Positions 1 to 9,127 of a stretch of DNA of 64,000 nt are shown piece by piece. The notes under the pieces were generated by a model. The model was not told the DNA's origin and did no database searches. It worked only from the letters and a program-made list of their open reading frames with translations. Each line of letters opens with the position of its first letter. Positions within the stretch are counted from its first letter, which is position 1. Source of the stretch: Bacteriovoracia bacterium (GTDB taxonomy: Bacteria > Bdellovibrionota > UBA1018 > CAIPTA01); contig JBFWVL010000001.1 in the NCBI GenBank assembly GCA_050246755.1, positions 1,056,001 through 1,120,000 of the forward strand, in the 5' to 3' direction. The translations under genes and the position numbers were made by a program.

Positions 1-119
1 AAACCAGTTACTTCGGCACCCAACTGATGGAGCCATTCGCCAAGCCAAGAGCCCTTGAAGCCCGTATGACCAGTGAGAAAAATTTTTCGTTTAGAGTAAA
101 TATTTCCGAAGGCGCTCAC
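1..119 (-). CDS. rfbG: CDP-glucose 4,6-dehydratase, N-terminal part (runs off the left edge)
   Basis: Manual translation from GTG at 119 gives MSAFGNIYSKRKIFLTGHTGFKGSWLGEWLHQLGAEVTG, the RfbG signature TGHTGFKGSWL; directly downstream of rfbF. Not in the ORF track. Confidence 0.9.
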   Translation of the reverse strand, partial: MSAFGNIYSKRKIFLTGHTGFKGSWLGEWLHQLGAEVTG

Positions 120-125
120 TTGGCC

Positions 126-902
126 CTACCAATTCTTCCAGGGAGCCTTGCCTGTGGCCCAGAGTTCCTCGAGGTGTTCACGGTCACGAATCGTGTCCAT
201 GCACTGCCAGAAACCGTCATGGCGGTAAGCCATCAGCTGATGGTCCTTAGCCAAGCGCTCCATTGGAGAGCGCTCAAGAATTGTTTCATCACCCTCTAGG
301 TATTCGAAAACTCCGGGCTCCATCACCATGAAGCCGCCGTTAATCCATCCTTCATCGGCAGGAGCTTTTTCCCGGAATGCATCGATGCGTCCATTGTCCG
401 CAATTTCGAGCCCGCCAAAGCGAGCCGTGGGACGAACCGCTGTCATGGTCACCAGCTTTCCGTGCTTTTTATGAAAGGCCAGAAGCTCTTTCAAGTTTAC
501 GTCGCTCAGGCCGTCACCATATGTAAATAGAAATGGCCCCTGGGGTTTAAGGCGCGGCTCTAAACGCTTCAAGCGTCCACCAGTCATAGATTCAGGACCG
601 GTATCGATCAGCTGTACTTTCCAGTTTTCACGATTACTCGATTCGTAAGGAGTGAGCTTGCCGGAGGCAAGGTCGACTTCGAAATCGCTGTTGAGCGCGG
701 AGTAATGTAAAAAAAAGTTTTTGATATAGTCGCCGAGATAGCCTGTGGCCAGCGTGAAGTGATCGAACCCATGCGATCCGTAGATCTTCATAATATGCCA
801 GAGCATCGGGTGGCCCCCGATGGTAACCATGGGCTTGGGACGGAGCGATGTTTCTTCGGCTAGGCGCGTGCCTTTTCCGCCGCAAAGGATGACTACTTGC
901 AT
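126..902 (-). CDS. rfbF: Glucose-1-phosphate cytidylyltransferase
   Basis: VILCGGKGTRLAEET..PKPMV.IG, TGGRLKR, TYGDG, WINGGF, FWQCMDT motifs; ATG 902 preferred (track start GTG 911). Confidence 0.95.
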   Translation of the reverse strand: MQVVILCGGKGTRLAEETSLRPKPMVTIGGHPMLWHIMKIYGSHGFDHFTLATGYLGDYIKNFFLHYSALNSDFEVDLASGKLTPYESSNRENWKVQLIDTGPESMTGGRLKRLEPRLKPQGPFLFTYGDGLSDVNLKELLAFHKKHGKLVTMTAVRPTARFGGLEIADNGRIDAFREKAPADEGWINGGFMVMEPGVFEYLEGDETILERSPMERLAKDHQLMAYRHDGFWQCMDTIRDREHLEELWATGKAPWKNW

Positions 903-959
903 AGGCTCCACCTTAAATCAGGGGGACAAACCCCACAATAGTTGTGTTACAAATGGGGT

Positions 960-1430
960 ATGCAAGAAGCGAAAAAGACGGACATATCGGGGGTAATCAT
1001 TGCCCCCAAGCGTAAACTCTTCGACGACCGCGGCGGCATCTTTCATATGCTCCGCAACGATGACCCGGAGTTCCAAAAGTTCGGGGAAATCTACTTTTCC
1101 AAAGTCCACCCCGGAGTGATTAAGGCCTGGCACCACCATAGCCGCATGACGCTAAACTACCTCGTAGTGAGCGGCTCTATCCAGTTAGGCCTCTGGGACG
1201 GGCGCAAAGACTCCCCCACTTACGGCAAGCAGCAAACGATCTACCTCGACGAGAGCAATAGCCAGCTCGTGGTGGTTCCTTTCGGGGTATGGAACGGATT
1301 CAAGGGCCTCGGGACCACGAGCTCCGTAGTGGCCAACTGCGCCACCGAACCCCATGACCCTCTTGAGATCACGCGTAAGCCGTATAATGACCCGAGCTTT
1401 GGGTATAGCTGGGAATTAAAGCACGGTTAG
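960..1430 (+). CDS. RmlC/RfbC-family cupin NDP-4-keto-6-deoxyhexose 3,5- (or 5-) epimerase
   Basis: DDRGG.F, GVIKAWH.H, DGRKDSPTYG, VP.GVWNGF motifs; ATG 960 preferred. Confidence 0.88.
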   Translation: MQEAKKTDISGVIIAPKRKLFDDRGGIFHMLRNDDPEFQKFGEIYFSKVHPGVIKAWHHHSRMTLNYLVVSGSIQLGLWDGRKDSPTYGKQQTIYLDESNSQLVVVPFGVWNGFKGLGTTSSVVANCATEPHDPLEITRKPYNDPSFGYSWELKHG

Positions 1431-1445
1431 GAGGAAATTTCCCGC

Positions 1446-2849
1446 TTACCGGGCGCCACTTCCTTCACGCCGAACGGAAATGGCCAGCGTTCTATAAAGT
1501 TCTAGTAGAAATTGCCCTAGGCACAAAATAGGAAGGCTAAAATATAGCCCCTGGATAGGCACAATGTACCTAAAATCCCAGGGAATAATCAAATTCCCCA
1601 ACGCCACGGGAACCAGGAACAAAGCAGTAGCACTACTCCACACGAGCGCGGAAGAACTCTTCTTCCAAGCAAGAAGAAAGAATCCGCACAACCCGAGCAA
1701 CTGCAGCACCGTGCGAATCGGAAGACGGGCGCCCCGTGGAAGGTCGGGAGGATAACTCATATACTTACACATGCCCCAAAATTGGCGTAACCCCACCCGG
1801 GCCGTGGTCAACGGATGCTGAATCATTACCGCCATATTTAAACGGGACAGCTCTGCACCTAATTGGGCGGCGGCGGCGGCGGGAATCACCTCGGCAATAC
1901 CCCAATTAACATAATTGGCTCTTATTCTTTCATCGCAGAGAAATGGCCTCGCTTCCTGCGGAAATCTATTTTGCGCACAACCGAGGTTCCAAATTTCGGG
2001 GCCACGCGAATACCAGGCCGCCAAATAACCACTAGTGGAGAAAAACTCCGAAGCACCGTTATGGTTTACGTAATTAATGCTACGAACCGAACCGCAAATA
2101 AGTAAACAACTCAGCAAAATACCCAATCCGACAATTCGATAGGCTCGCCACGCCGAAAGAATAATTCCGGCCACAGCCAAGCCAATCCACCATTGCACCT
2201 TCAGTAAACAGAGGAAAAGCGCGGAAAATAAAAAAAGTAACCAAGCCAAAGCAAAGCACTTCTTCCTGTTGGTTTCGTTTAAAAAAAAGAGCAAAAATAT
2301 AAAGCCAATTATAATAGGCAAAAAAGCGCGCGATAAGGCCTCCGTGGTGAAGGAGGCCGATGATTCAATCGGCCTTTGAAAAAGATCAAGGGTGACCAGC
2401 GCTAAAGAAAATAGAAGCGTAGAACGAAAAAAAATGGCTACGCCAAATGCGAACAACACCTCCGCAAATACGCTCAGCCCTACTAAAAATAGTACATAGT
2501 TATGCCGCCAATGAGCTGGATTTGGCGAAATCGCACGGATGGCCAACATCGCCGTACCGGCGCCGATTCCCCTGAGTGGATAGGCATCCAGAAAAGCGGC
2601 ATAATTAGGGGTAGGCGAAACCAAGGTCGGATCAGTTTTTCCGGACCAGAATTTCTGGGCAACATACAGATAGTCTAGATGATCATCGGCTACGATAGGC
2701 TCGCGGGTGCTCTCGAACTGAATACTTTCGTGAAAAAAAGTCTGCGAATAGTTGGACGCGCGGTAAATCACCCAGGCCAGACAAAGAAGGGCGACCATAA
2801 GTGCGGCCATTAAATTTGCCTTCGTTTTTTTTAGGCGAAGATCAACCAT
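1446..2849 (-). CDS. Polytopic membrane protein, probable GT-C fold glycosyltransferase
   Basis: About 10 hydrophobic segments; acidic DDHLDY motif in the loop after TM1; late periplasmic loop and C-terminal RY.P motif; downstream of rfbH. Confidence 0.55.
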   Translation of the reverse strand: MVDLRLKKTKANLMAALMVALLCLAWVIYRASNYSQTFFHESIQFESTREPIVADDHLDYLYVAQKFWSGKTDPTLVSPTPNYAAFLDAYPLRGIGAGTAMLAIRAISPNPAHWRHNYVLFLVGLSVFAEVLFAFGVAIFFRSTLLFSLALVTLDLFQRPIESSASFTTEALSRAFLPIIIGFIFLLFFLNETNRKKCFALAWLLFLFSALFLCLLKVQWWIGLAVAGIILSAWRAYRIVGLGILLSCLLICGSVRSINYVNHNGASEFFSTSGYLAAWYSRGPEIWNLGCAQNRFPQEARPFLCDERIRANYVNWGIAEVIPAAAAAQLGAELSRLNMAVMIQHPLTTARVGLRQFWGMCKYMSYPPDLPRGARLPIRTVLQLLGLCGFFLLAWKKSSSALVWSSATALFLVPVALGNLIIPWDFRYIVPIQGLYFSLPILCLGQFLLELYRTLAISVRREGSGAR

Positions 2850-2852
2850 TCA

Positions 2853-4184
2853 CTAAAGCGCGCGCACGCAATCCTCAAGCGCTTGCAGCATATACTGGAT
2901 ACGGACGCCATCAATACCGGGATGCACCCCCACCCAAAAAGTGCGCTTCATGATTTCATCGGTATTCTTCAATTCGCCCACCACGCGGAAGTCCACATTT
3001 TGGTAGGCCGGTTGGCGCACGAGATTACCCGCGAAAAGTAAGCGCGTGCCCACTTTTCTTTCTTCCAGTGCCGCCACCAGTTTCTCGCGGTTCAAGCCGG
3101 GGGCGCAGTGCACGGGAAATCCAAACCACGAAGGGCGCGTGCCCCTCGTGGGTTCCACGGGAATCAATTTATCCCGCAGTACCGGCGAAGCCTTCACTCC
3201 ATCGTAGAGCGCCTTCCAGTTTGTACGGCGCGCTTCCACGAAGCCACGGGCCTTCTTAAGTTGCGAAACACCTAGCGCCGCCTGCATGTCGGTGCCCTTC
3301 AAGTTATACCCGATATTCGAATAGGTATATTTATGGTCGTAACCGTCCGGCAACGTGCCGAGCTGCCAGCCGAAACGCTTGCCGCAGGTATTGTCTTTGC
3401 CCGGCTCGCACCAGCAATCACGGCCCCAGTCGCGCATGCTTTCAGCCACTTTACGAAGGCGTCCATCCTTAGGAAGCACGGCGCCGCCCTCACCGGTGGT
3501 GATATGGTGAGCAGGATAGAAACTTAGCGTGGACATATCCCCGAAGGAACCCGCCGGCGCCCACCCTTGATCCGACTCGATCTCAGCACCGAGGGCATCG
3601 CAGCAGTCTTCCAAGAGATAAATGCCTTCTTTCGTGCACCACTCGGCGATTTTGTCGGCGCGGTAAGGATTACCAAGCGTGTGAGCAATAAATACCGCCT
3701 TAGTTTTTCCGGGAACGTACGCTGCCTGAATGGATTCGAGCGAAGTGTCGAGGGTATCGAAATTTACGTCCACGAATACGGGGCGCATCCCGGTTTGCAC
3801 GATCGGATTCACGGTGGTGGGAAATCCCGCCGCCACGGTGATCACTTCGTCGCCCGGCTTGAGGCGGGTCTTTTTCATATCGTCCATCATCGGTGCCGAG
3901 AGGGCCGACATGGCCACCAAGTTCGCTGAGGATCCGCTATTCACGAAGAGCGCTTTTACTTTGCGGTTCATCCACTTCGGCAGCTCCGCCTCAAATTCCG
4001 CGCCGTAGCGGCCGGTGGTGAGCCACAAATCTAAAGAGGCATCGAGAAGCGAGACCATGTCTTCCTCGTCGATCACTTTTCCGCTCGGTGGAATATAAGA
4101 TTGCCCCGGCACAAAGGGCTTTACTTGGTGGCTCGCCTGAAAAAATTTTCGGGCCTCGGCAAAAACATTTTCCCGCGTGCTCAT
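2853..4184 (-). CDS. rfbH: CDP-4-keto-6-deoxy-D-glucose 3-dehydrase (E1, PMP/[2Fe-2S])
   Basis: NSGSSANL, AAGFPTTVNP, EDCCDALG, SFYPAHHITTGEGG (His in place of the PLP Lys) and WGRDCWC...TCG cluster cysteines. Confidence 0.95.
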   Translation of the reverse strand: MSTRENVFAEARKFFQASHQVKPFVPGQSYIPPSGKVIDEEDMVSLLDASLDLWLTTGRYGAEFEAELPKWMNRKVKALFVNSGSSANLVAMSALSAPMMDDMKKTRLKPGDEVITVAAGFPTTVNPIVQTGMRPVFVDVNFDTLDTSLESIQAAYVPGKTKAVFIAHTLGNPYRADKIAEWCTKEGIYLLEDCCDALGAEIESDQGWAPAGSFGDMSTLSFYPAHHITTGEGGAVLPKDGRLRKVAESMRDWGRDCWCEPGKDNTCGKRFGWQLGTLPDGYDHKYTYSNIGYNLKGTDMQAALGVSQLKKARGFVEARRTNWKALYDGVKASPVLRDKLIPVEPTRGTRPSWFGFPVHCAPGLNREKLVAALEERKVGTRLLFAGNLVRQPAYQNVDFRVVGELKNTDEIMKRTFWVGVHPGIDGVRIQYMLQALEDCVRAL

Positions 4185-5899
4185 GAATGCTCCTTAGTCA
4201 CTAAAAAATCACCAATTGCTAAAACATCGAACTCGGTACGCAAAAAACAGGCGATCGCGTGGTCCGGCGTGCAAACGATCGGCTCGTTTTCGTTAAAAGA
4301 CGTATTGAGTAAAACTGGAACGCCGCTGATCTTCTCAAATTCGCTGATTAAATTCCAATAACGAAGGTTAGATTTCTTGCTTACGGTTTGAACCCGGGCA
4401 CTGCCATCTATATGCGTTACCGCCGGGATCTTTCCGACCATACCCGGTTTAACCCGGCCCATCAAAATCATATAGGGGGAATATTGGTTTTTAGGGAGGG
4501 AAAAATACTGCTCTGCGCGCTCTTCCAGCACGGAGGGGGCAAAAGGCCGAAATGCTTCGCGCCGCTTCACGAGGGCATTGAGCTTCTCCTTCATGTCGGG
4601 CCGGGTGGGATCCACCGCAATAGAACGATTCCCGAGAGCCCTTGGCCCCGACTCCATGCGCCCCTGAAACCAACCCACAATCTTCCCGTCGGCGATATGG
4701 CGCGCGGTTTCCGCCTCAATGCGGTCCGATTTTCTATAGGAAAGATTATGACGCTTTAGCTCGGCTTCGATTTGTTCATTAGAAAACTCCGGCCCCAGAT
4801 ACACACCATTGAAAACCTCCTTGCGAGGTTGGTTTAGAGTTTGGTGGTAGTGAAAAAGGGCGGCGCCGTAGGAGGCGCCGGCATCGTTGGCGATCGGTTG
4901 AAAGAAAAACTCCTTAAATGGAGTCTTCGCCACTATCTCGCTATTCATCAAACAATTAAGCGCCACTCCGCCAGTGAGGCAAAGGTTGGGGCTATTTGTG
5001 AGCTTGAATAAATGATTCGCTAAATTCACCCCCGCCTTCTCCACCAAACGCTGGAGCGCAAAAGCAATATCGTAGTGATGCTGGGTGAGCGGGGAACTTT
5101 TTTCGCGGGCCGGGCCGAACTTCTTCAGAAATTTTTCACTTAGCCAACGAGCTTGGCCGTGGGTATGAAAAGAGAAATAATCGAGATTGAGCTCATAGAG
5201 CCCATCGCTGTCAAAGCGTATAAGATCGGCAAAATCCCGCTCGTAGGTGTCTTTTCCATAGGCCGAAAGGCCCATTACCCTCCACTCATCGAAGAATGGA
5301 GCAAAACCAAGGTAATCCGTTACGGCGGCATAGAAATGACCGAGCGAATGAGGTACCGAAACTTCCCTCAGCTTCTCGATCTTATTTTCTTTTCCCCTAG
5401 CCAGCAGAGTGGAGGTGCTTTCGCCCCTGCCGTCTAGAGTCAGAATCGCTGCCTCCCTAAAGGGAGAAATAAAAAAAGCGCTGGCCGCGTGCGCGAGGTG
5501 GTGCTCCACAAAAATGACTCGCGGAGCCCGCGCGACCTTAAAAGTCTCTTGAAGGGCTCGGCCGATATTGCGCATGCTTAGGATGCGAGAAAAAAAGCTC
5601 ATCTCTTTGGATCCCGAAGGAGCGCGAAGAAGATTTAGCGAAGCGGGAAAATAGCGCAGAAAATGAAAGAAATTACCCTTCAACTCTTTGAGAGGTTGCC
5701 AGTAGAAAGCGACCGCGGATACTTCTTCCATGGTGATCCCCGCTTGATCGAGGCAAAAACGAACGGCTTGAGCAGGAAACTTCGCGGTATGTTTTTCCCG
5801 GTTAAATCGCTCTTCTTCCGCGTGGGCGCAAAGAACACCGCTCTTCAGCAATGCCGAGGAGGATTCATGGCCATAGCTGCTGATTCCAAGAATATACAT
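4181..5899 (-). CDS. O-carbamoyltransferase, NodU/CmcH/TobZ family
   Basis: ILGIS..HESS, EEERF.R.KH, EHHLAHAASAF, DGRGE, GGVALNC, GPRALGNRSI, FRPFAP, LNTSFN motifs. Confidence 0.93.
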   Translation of the reverse strand: MYILGISSYGHESSSALLKSGVLCAHAEEERFNREKHTAKFPAQAVRFCLDQAGITMEEVSAVAFYWQPLKELKGNFFHFLRYFPASLNLLRAPSGSKEMSFFSRILSMRNIGRALQETFKVARAPRVIFVEHHLAHAASAFFISPFREAAILTLDGRGESTSTLLARGKENKIEKLREVSVPHSLGHFYAAVTDYLGFAPFFDEWRVMGLSAYGKDTYERDFADLIRFDSDGLYELNLDYFSFHTHGQARWLSEKFLKKFGPAREKSSPLTQHHYDIAFALQRLVEKAGVNLANHLFKLTNSPNLCLTGGVALNCLMNSEIVAKTPFKEFFFQPIANDAGASYGAALFHYHQTLNQPRKEVFNGVYLGPEFSNEQIEAELKRHNLSYRKSDRIEAETARHIADGKIVGWFQGRMESGPRALGNRSIAVDPTRPDMKEKLNALVKRREAFRPFAPSVLEERAEQYFSLPKNQYSPYMILMGRVKPGMVGKIPAVTHIDGSARVQTVSKKSNLRYWNLISEFEKISGVPVLLNTSFNENEPIVCTPDHAIACFLRTEFDVLAIGDFLVTKEHS

Positions 5900-5991
5900 A
5901 GGTGATTAGAGAGGGCCAATTTACTGGATGGCATAGGCAATATCCAATTAAAATCTGGCCACTAAATGACTCCACATTATACATTTTAACC

Positions 5992-7326
5992 ATGCTCGAA
6001 AATTCCCACGATAAGCCCGCCGGACCGATCAGTGAGCTCATCGCGGAAGAAGTCACCACCCATAGCCGCTACTTTGACGCAACTATCCAAGTTTATCCCC
6101 TCGCCCATGAAGAGGGGACCATTTTGAGAAAATTGCGTTCTCCCCAAAAAATGGTCGTTCGCCACCTTCAAGAGGCGCATTCCGCCGACACCCAGGCTCG
6201 TCGCCTTTTTTTTCTCAACGGTAATCTTAACCATCACCTAGACGTGGAGGGATTACTTGGCGAACTAAAGCGGGTGATGCACCGTGGGGACCGGGTGACC
6301 GCGGTGGTTTACAATAGCTACCTCCGTGCGCTCTACCATCTCGCAAACCTTTTTGGATGGAGAAAGGGTGACTTGCCTACCACCTATTTTACGCAAGCTT
6401 CGCTGGAAAATATCGCTAAGCTGGCGGGATTCGAAATCACCCGCTCTCGACCCGTTGGCTTCGTGCCCTTCCGCCTGTTGGGACTCGGTAAAGCTTTAAA
6501 TATCCTACTCCAGGGACTTCCGGGAATCCGTTGGTTTGGCCTTGCCCAAGTAGTAGTTCTTCGCCCACTACTTCCATCTACGAATAAGCTGAGCGTTAGC
6601 ATTCTTATCCCGGCAAGGAACGAGCGCGGAAATATAGAGAGCGCCATTTCCCGCCTTCCCTCCCTCGGTGGAGCCAAGCGAGAAGTAATCTTCATAGAAG
6701 GGCACTCCACTGATGGAACCTGGGAAGAGATCCTCCGCGTACAAAAAAAGTATGCGGAGTCTCTTAGGATAGTTGCCCTACAGCAAGAGGGCACAGGCAA
6801 AGCGGATGCCGTGCGCCTTGGGCTCGCCAAGGCCACCGGCGATTTAGTCACCATTCTCGACGCCGATCTCACCATGCCCCCCGAGCTGCTGTCGCGATTT
6901 TATGAGGCGTATGAGCTTGGCCTCGCAGATTTCGTAAACGGCAGCCGTCTTCTCTACCCCATGGAAGGCGAAGCGATGCGGTTTCTAAATTGGCTGGGAA
7001 ACATATTTTTCGCCAAAGCGCTCAGCTTCGTGCTGGAGACCCAGCTCGGAGACTCTCTCTGCGGAACCAAGCTAATGGCCCGCAGAGACTACGAGCGATT
7101 TTGCCAGTGGAGAAAAGACTTCGGCGTATTTGATCCCTTCGGGGATTTTGAGCTGCTTTTTCCCGCCGCGGTTTTGGGCCTTGGAAGCATCGATATTCCC
7201 GTGCGGTACCGAGCGCGCACCTACGGATTTACCAATATTCAGCGATTCCGCGATGGCTGGGTACTTCTCAGAATGACCCTACTAGCCTTGACGCGCATAC
7301 GGTTCGGCCTAGGTTCTACACGGTAG
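5992..7326 (+). CDS. GT2 glycosyltransferase (polyprenyl-phosphate/DPM-synthase-like) with N-terminal degenerate methyltransferase-like domain
   Basis: C-half: SILIPARNE.GNI, EGHSTDGT, GK..AV..G, ILDADLT, D.LCGTK, DPFGDFELLF; N-half resembles the C-terminal part of a class I MTase fold. Confidence 0.8.
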   Translation: MLENSHDKPAGPISELIAEEVTTHSRYFDATIQVYPLAHEEGTILRKLRSPQKMVVRHLQEAHSADTQARRLFFLNGNLNHHLDVEGLLGELKRVMHRGDRVTAVVYNSYLRALYHLANLFGWRKGDLPTTYFTQASLENIAKLAGFEITRSRPVGFVPFRLLGLGKALNILLQGLPGIRWFGLAQVVVLRPLLPSTNKLSVSILIPARNERGNIESAISRLPSLGGAKREVIFIEGHSTDGTWEEILRVQKKYAESLRIVALQQEGTGKADAVRLGLAKATGDLVTILDADLTMPPELLSRFYEAYELGLADFVNGSRLLYPMEGEAMRFLNWLGNIFFAKALSFVLETQLGDSLCGTKLMARRDYERFCQWRKDFGVFDPFGDFELLFPAAVLGLGSIDIPVRYRARTYGFTNIQRFRDGWVLLRMTLLALTRIRFGLGSTR

Positions 7327-7378
7327 AAGAAACTGGGTTTCTCTAAAGGCAATACGCGAATCACCCGAAAATTAGGGG

Positions 7379-8362
7379 ATGACAATATTCTCCTCTATTC
7401 CCTATTTTTTCGCTGCCTTAGCGCTTCCGCTTGCCGCAGATGCGGCCATTCAATGTAGCCGCAGCGATACACGGGAATGTGGGACGGATTCGCTTTATGC
7501 TTCAAAAATTTTTCGTGAATCCATGAAGACCCTTACCGGCAAAAGCTTTGAGCCCGAACAGATCAAAAAAGTACGCTTCCACGATGGCGGCTGGGCATCC
7601 TATAAGCTTGGGCAAAATGAAATCGACTTTGCTAAGCGCAACAAGCTTCCCGCCAGCTACTTCAAAAAAACTCAATGGTACTTGATTGAGGTTTCTGGCG
7701 AAGGGGACCTACTAAAAACATTCCAAGTGGATCTTGATTTTGGGGCCTACTCCGAGGGCGCAACCCCCGCCGATTATAAAATAGCCACCGTAGAAAATGC
7801 CCGCGTAACCGAATTGCCACCATACAAATTGGAAGAAGAGAAACAACGGACCACGGCCAAGAAAATGCCGGAGAACGGCTTCGTATGCGAAAATGAAGAT
7901 CTCGGGTTGGTGCTTAGCGGAGAGCCCCTAAAAAATTCCCTTTCCTTCGGACAGACCATCGACGCCGCCCTCGCCAAAGCCAATGACGGAAAATCGGAAA
8001 CCGACTTGGGAAACTATAAAGTAATACTGAGCGATTTCGGCATTAAAAAACCACCCACCCTTCCCCCAGCGCGGGAAGAGCTGGAAGTTTCAATGCAGCT
8101 AGATCTCGACTACAAAAAAGGCACTCCCGACCACTACGACCTTGGATTCGTAGCTCGCAGCCCTACCATTTCCTTCTGGCGCGCTCTTTCCGGATACAAT
8201 AATATTCAAAAATACTGCACTAGCGCGGCCAGCAAAGGCACCGAAGACCAAAAAGAAATTTGCGAAAGCGATCCGCACGAAGCGCTGGTTATTCAAACCC
8301 GTGATAAAAAATGGGAAAAGGTGGTTTGCCACTTTTACGAAAAGTCGGCTTATTCACGCTAG
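7379..8362 (+). CDS. Secreted hypothetical protein
   Basis: 327 aa ORF with signal peptide ending ...LALPLAADA-A, several Cys, hydrophilic body; no family motif recognised. Confidence 0.7.
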   Translation: MTIFSSIPYFFAALALPLAADAAIQCSRSDTRECGTDSLYASKIFRESMKTLTGKSFEPEQIKKVRFHDGGWASYKLGQNEIDFAKRNKLPASYFKKTQWYLIEVSGEGDLLKTFQVDLDFGAYSEGATPADYKIATVENARVTELPPYKLEEEKQRTTAKKMPENGFVCENEDLGLVLSGEPLKNSLSFGQTIDAALAKANDGKSETDLGNYKVILSDFGIKKPPTLPPAREELEVSMQLDLDYKKGTPDHYDLGFVARSPTISFWRALSGYNNIQKYCTSAASKGTEDQKEICESDPHEALVIQTRDKKWEKVVCHFYEKSAYSR

Positions 8363-9127
8363 TTAAATGTCGCGAAACGGTTTGGCCTGCAAAATGAGCA
8401 GACTGCCCATGAGCGGTCGCAACTTAACCTCGACGCGGTGTAATAATTGCGCCAGCGAACCAGATACGGCGTTCACGAAGGGCGCGACCACAAAAATGGA
8501 ATTGATTCCGGTGGCTTCAAATCCGCAGGTCTCGAGAAACTTCACCAAAGAGTTCGGCGTAAATTTACTGATATGCTGCTCGTGGTATTTAACGGGACTG
8601 GCCCGTTCGAGCAACCATTCGATCATCGGCCAAAAGCTGCGATAGTTGGGCGTGGTGAGCACGAAAACCCCTTCCGGCTTTAGCACCCGGCGCGCTTCCG
8701 CCAGAATTTTCGCCGCCAAAAAAGGATGGATATGCTCGATAACCTCGATGCAGGTTACGGCATCGAAGGAGGCGTCTGGATAGGGTAACTTTTCACCGTC
8801 GAGCAGCTGAAATTTAATATTCCCCGGAAATTTCGCGGCGATGTTTTTAGCCGCAAAATCTATTTGCGGAGAAGCAATATCCACTCCGGTGGCCTGAACT
8901 CCGGGCACTGTCTCCCCCAAAACAGCCAGGAAAGAACCTGGTCCGCAGCCGAAATCCAAAACCGTTTTGGCGCCGCTGCTCCTTACCAGTTTGGCCACTT
9001 CCAGGAATTTTTCCCGATGCCAAAATCTTTGTATTGCGTGGCCCTTGAGCATTACTTCGTAATAATAACCTGCGGGTATTTCACTATAATTAAATACGCT
9101 GTTCTTGGTGCGATGAATGGGAAGCAC
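8363..9127 (-). CDS. Class I SAM-dependent methyltransferase
   Basis: VLDFGCGPG, GVDI, LPYPDASFDAV...EVIEH, LKPEG...TTPN; GTG 9127 overlaps the upstream stop (track start 9232). Confidence 0.9.
   Translation of the reverse strand: MLPIHRTKNSVFNYSEIPAGYYYEVMLKGHAIQRFWHREKFLEVAKLVRSSGAKTVLDFGCGPGSFLAVLGETVPGVQATGVDIASPQIDFAAKNIAAKFPGNIKFQLLDGEKLPYPDASFDAVTCIEVIEHIHPFLAAKILAEARRVLKPEGVFVLTTPNYRSFWPMIEWLLERASPVKYHEQHISKFTPNSLVKFLETCGFEATGINSIFVVAPFVNAVSGSLAQLLHRVEVKLRPLMGSLLILQAKPFRDI

Noticed and set aside
1866-1883. Short GCG/CGG trinucleotide run
   Set aside because: Encodes a poly-Ala stretch (PAAAAA) in frame; too short to call a functional repeat.
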